Below, one piece after another: positions 60,940 to 64,000 of a DNA stretch of 64,000 bases; position 1 is the stretch's first letter; each line of letters begins with the position of its first letter. The DNA is from Octopus bimaculoides. Taxonomy: Eukaryota. Under the pieces are notes generated by a model. It did no database searches. It saw nothing but the letters and a program-made list of their open reading frames with translations, and was not told where the DNA came from. Both the position numbers and the translations under genes were made by a program. Where the stretch lies: assembly GCF_001194135.2 (NCBI RefSeq), contig NC_068993.1, positions 36,764,259-36,828,258 of the forward strand. Direction: 5' to 3'.

Positions 60940-61999
60940 TTTTGGGTCATCCCATAAATAATGCAGTTTTTTTCAATTGTATGAACTAAAAGTTGGAGGG
61001 GGACAGGATAAACTATTTGCATCAACTTGCTATAAAAGCAGGTAGTAATTTTACCTTCTAATTCTTAGTGCATGTTTTGAAGAGTGTAGTTCGATTTTAA
61101 CAGATATATTTTCAAAGCTATGATGGAAGTAGGGAGCATATTCGGTATATTTTGCTTTATGAGTTCAATAAAAGCAACAATGCAATGAAAAGTGCAAGGA
61201 ATATTAATGCAGTATATGGGGATCAGGCAATAAGCGTAAGCCAGTGTCAACAGTAGTTCCAGAAATACTGAACCAGAAACTACAGCCTAGAAGAGCCTTT
61301 TCCTGGAAGATCTGTAGGGCTTGACAAGATCATCCTGCAAACCCTGGAACAAAATCCCATCGTAACTGTTGAGGAATTAGCAGAGAAGCTTGGATTTAGT
61401 CGTTTGACCATTCATCGACAACTGCATGCCATCAAAAAAGTCAGCAAATAGAGTCAATGGTTCCTCTCAAGCTTTTCAAGTCTAATCGCGTGCAAAGTGG
61501 ATGCGTGCTCTTCTTTGCTGTCATGTCTCATGAATGAACCTTTTTTTTTTTGGACTGAATAGTGACTAGTGAAAAGAAATGGGTTCTCTACAAAAATGTC
61601 AAGCGCAGAAGACATTGGGTAGGGAAAGGAGAAACACCAGCACCCCAGGCTAAAGAAGGTCTTCATCCACGTAAGGTGTCGTTATCTGTTTGGTGGGATA
61701 TGAAAGGTTTAGTCCACTTTGAACTTTTAAACCCAAACCAAACGATAACAAAGGAGATCTGCTGTGAGCAGATTGTGTGGCTTAAGTCAGCGCTAGAAGG
61801 AAAATGACCATCATTAGTTTCAAGATGAAAGGTATTCTTCTATCAGGATAATGCTTGGCCACACACAGCAAAGATGACATTCCAAAGGCTGGTGCAGTTT
61901 GTATGGGAAACGATGCCTCACTCACCATATTCGCAGGACATTGCTCCATCTAATTATCATTTATTCTGCAGTCTTCAAAATCATTTGGACAGAAAAAAT
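60940..61999 (+). mobile_element. Decayed mariner (DD34D) transposon, 3'-truncated
   Basis: Left end ttgggtcatcccataaataatgc after TA; ATG near 61123. Frameshifted remnants TVEELAEKLG..STIHR, QW(V)P.KL, VTSEKKWVLYKN..LHPRKV.LSVWWDMKG, QDNAWPH and HSPYSQDIAPSNYHLF (34-residue spacing, third D mutated to N). Confidence 0.92.
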
Positions 62000-62989
62000 A
62001 TGCTGGCATAGGTCAGACGATAGCAATATTTGAAGTCAGCGCATATTCAAGAGTGCAGCTCATCTAGACAGGCCAAAGAACTGCATCTTATGGCTTGGTT
62101 TCTATGGCAGGACACCCTTCCCAACCCCAGCCAGCTCCCACAATGTATATAGGTGGATACATGGCTATGTAGTTAAGCAGTTCACTTCTGAAACATATAT
62201 CGTTTCAGGTTTAGTCTTGCTGCATAACATGTCTTTTGCAATAACCCTAGGCTGACCAATACCTTGTGAAGGAATCTGGTGAATGGAAACTGAAAGAAGC
62301 CCATGGTGTACATGTGAGAATGTTTACAATCTTCACAGAGTTACAGTTACAAGTGGTGACATCACTGTTTGTAGTTGGGCTGCAACTGGTTACATTTGTT
62401 GACATTTTCTATCAACAAATCACCCATTAGCTCTGCACTTTCAGATTCCCCTGGAACAAAAATATTCCTTACTTGACAAACAAGGGTTAGCAACAGGAAG
62501 AGCATCTAACTAAAAATATTGCTGCAAAAATCTTTCTAAATCATGCGTGCATGAAAAAAAAACAGATGTTAAATAAAATGAACAAACTAGGTGTTTTCTC
62601 ACGGCATCAGCATAAGGGAGGTGTTATATCTTCAACAAGACTAAAGGGGTCAGTACATCTCTCTAAATTATATAAAATTGTGGGGAAGATGGTAGTAGTG
62701 GAGTTTGCTGTGACACCCTGCCACTATCATCTTTTCTTTCCAGCTAATCCCACCCACCCTTATATAGTGCAGAGTAGCCATGTATCTTCACTTTAGCAAC
62801 TCAGTTATGCTTGTCCCTCTATCATACATAAGGTTTCTCAACACCGGTATAAAGCCACCTCCACCCCCATAATACTCTGCCCAAGAGGCTGAGGTGGGAG
62901 TCTCCTTTTCTTGTTCTTTTTCTGTCTTGCAAATTACTTAGCAACCTTACAAATGTTAGTTGTATGAAAACAAAAGTACCCAACACACA

Positions 62990-63135
62990 CCGTAAAGTGG
63001 TTGCCAATATGAAGGGCATCAAGCTGTAGAAACCATGCCAAAGCAGACATTGGAGCAATGATGCATCCCTATAGATCACCAGATCCTGTCAAACTGTCCA
63101 ACCCATGCCAGCACGGAAAACATATGTTAACTGAT
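62990..63135 (+). mobile_element. RTE-type 3' tail
   Basis: gtggttgccaatatgaagggcatcaagctgtagaaaccatgcc...cccatgccagcacggaaaac. Confidence 0.7.
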
Positions 63136-63268
63136 AATGAAGGTGAGAAAAGGCAACAAATTATTTTTAAGACAATCAGTGAATAGGTGACATTTTAGAA
63201 ATATTAGAGGCAATATATTTTGTGTTTGAAACTGTAAGTGAAACAAGAGGAAAGAGAAAGGTACTCAC

Positions 63269-63426
63269 TCTGTCACAGCATATCAAAGTTGAGAAATTTG
63301 GAGTCTTTTGTTCGTGTAGAATATAGATAAATTTGGCACAGTAAAGAGCATCACTGGCTGTAAGGCAGCAACGAGGGAATATACAAAGTTGAAGGAATTG
63401 GGTAATCATCTCATTCTTGGTAGATC
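63269..63426 (-). CDS. THOC2: THO complex subunit 2, internal exon (first in window)
   Basis: ttttcaag|GA TCT ACC AAG AAT GAG ATG...TGT GAC AGA|gtgagt. Encodes [52 protein letters not shown], matching my recall of the THOC2 motif [19 protein letters not shown]...[13 protein letters not shown]. Phase 1 to 0. Confidence 0.95.
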
Positions 63427-64000
63427 CTTGAAAACATAGTAAATTTGAAGTCAGTGGAAGATCAACTTAAAAGGCTTCAAAGAATCAAACAATGCTTGCA
63501 ATGAAACTGATTGGAGTGAAATGATGCAAGGAATGATGTAAATGATTTAAGAGTCAATCCATGAAAATGTTAACACACAGAAAAGGAAGAAGTTAAGAAA
63601 CTACACCAGTAAAAATGGAAATGTCAGTTTTGAAAAAAAAAAATTGTAGACTGAGACGAAAGATTTTTATCAATATTAATAATAAAAATCTTTGCAAAGG
63701 AATTTAACTATGATGTTTTGATAGTTGGAATTGTTCTGAAAGATAATTTTTTGTGTTAGGGAAAGTTGTTTAGTCCCAGGTGAACCCTGATCAAAGTCAT
63801 TCCAGTTGTGACCATTCCACTGATTTAAAAAGTATCTAGGACTATTATCTAAAGTGTCCTTCCAAGTAATTTTAAAGATGGATGTGAGGGAAATTTGATA
63901 ATTATTTCTAGCAGGTAAGTGACCAAATAGAGCAGGGGAAGGGAACTTTTTTTTCTGTTTAACATCAAGAATGAAGTGCAAATGCATAACCTCCAGGGAT

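Overview
AT-rich, repeat-dense animal genomic DNA with several N-gaps that mostly abut microsatellites. The repeat families look like those of an Octopus-type cephalopod (inference from recall, not a database search). The only gene I can support is the 3' part of THOC2 (THO complex subunit 2) on the minus strand. Ten exons between 63426 and 43952 splice with GT-AG boundaries and matching phases into one open frame: (x)[20 protein letters not shown]...TLICCDR | [25 protein letters not shown]...TYEK | ECANYPGF...[21 protein letters not shown] | AMVACLESRNYIQIRNSLIILTK | ILPYYPRV...[14 protein letters not shown] | YSGQLKNKKSMWVPEHEFH... then a Lys/Glu/Ser-rich tail ending EAKRRKLESASSTSTK. The 5' exons lie beyond the window, and the true last exon(s) are unresolved; several candidates are listed. 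The rest is introns or intergenic DNA filled with tRNA-derived SINEs, RTE-LINE 3' ends, piggyBac/Tigger/hAT-like MITEs, two decayed Tc1/mariner transposons, a short Helitron-type element and microsatellites. I found no rRNA, true tRNA gene or CRISPR array. Most ORFs in the supplied track are repeat, microsatellite or N-gap artefacts. I found no convincing novel multi-gene system. The best leads are a hammerhead-ribozyme-like motif, a GAG splice acceptor, a CpG-retaining repeat-free block after the last clear exon, a CAG/TAG tandem acceptor that could toggle a stop codon, and several long hairpins.
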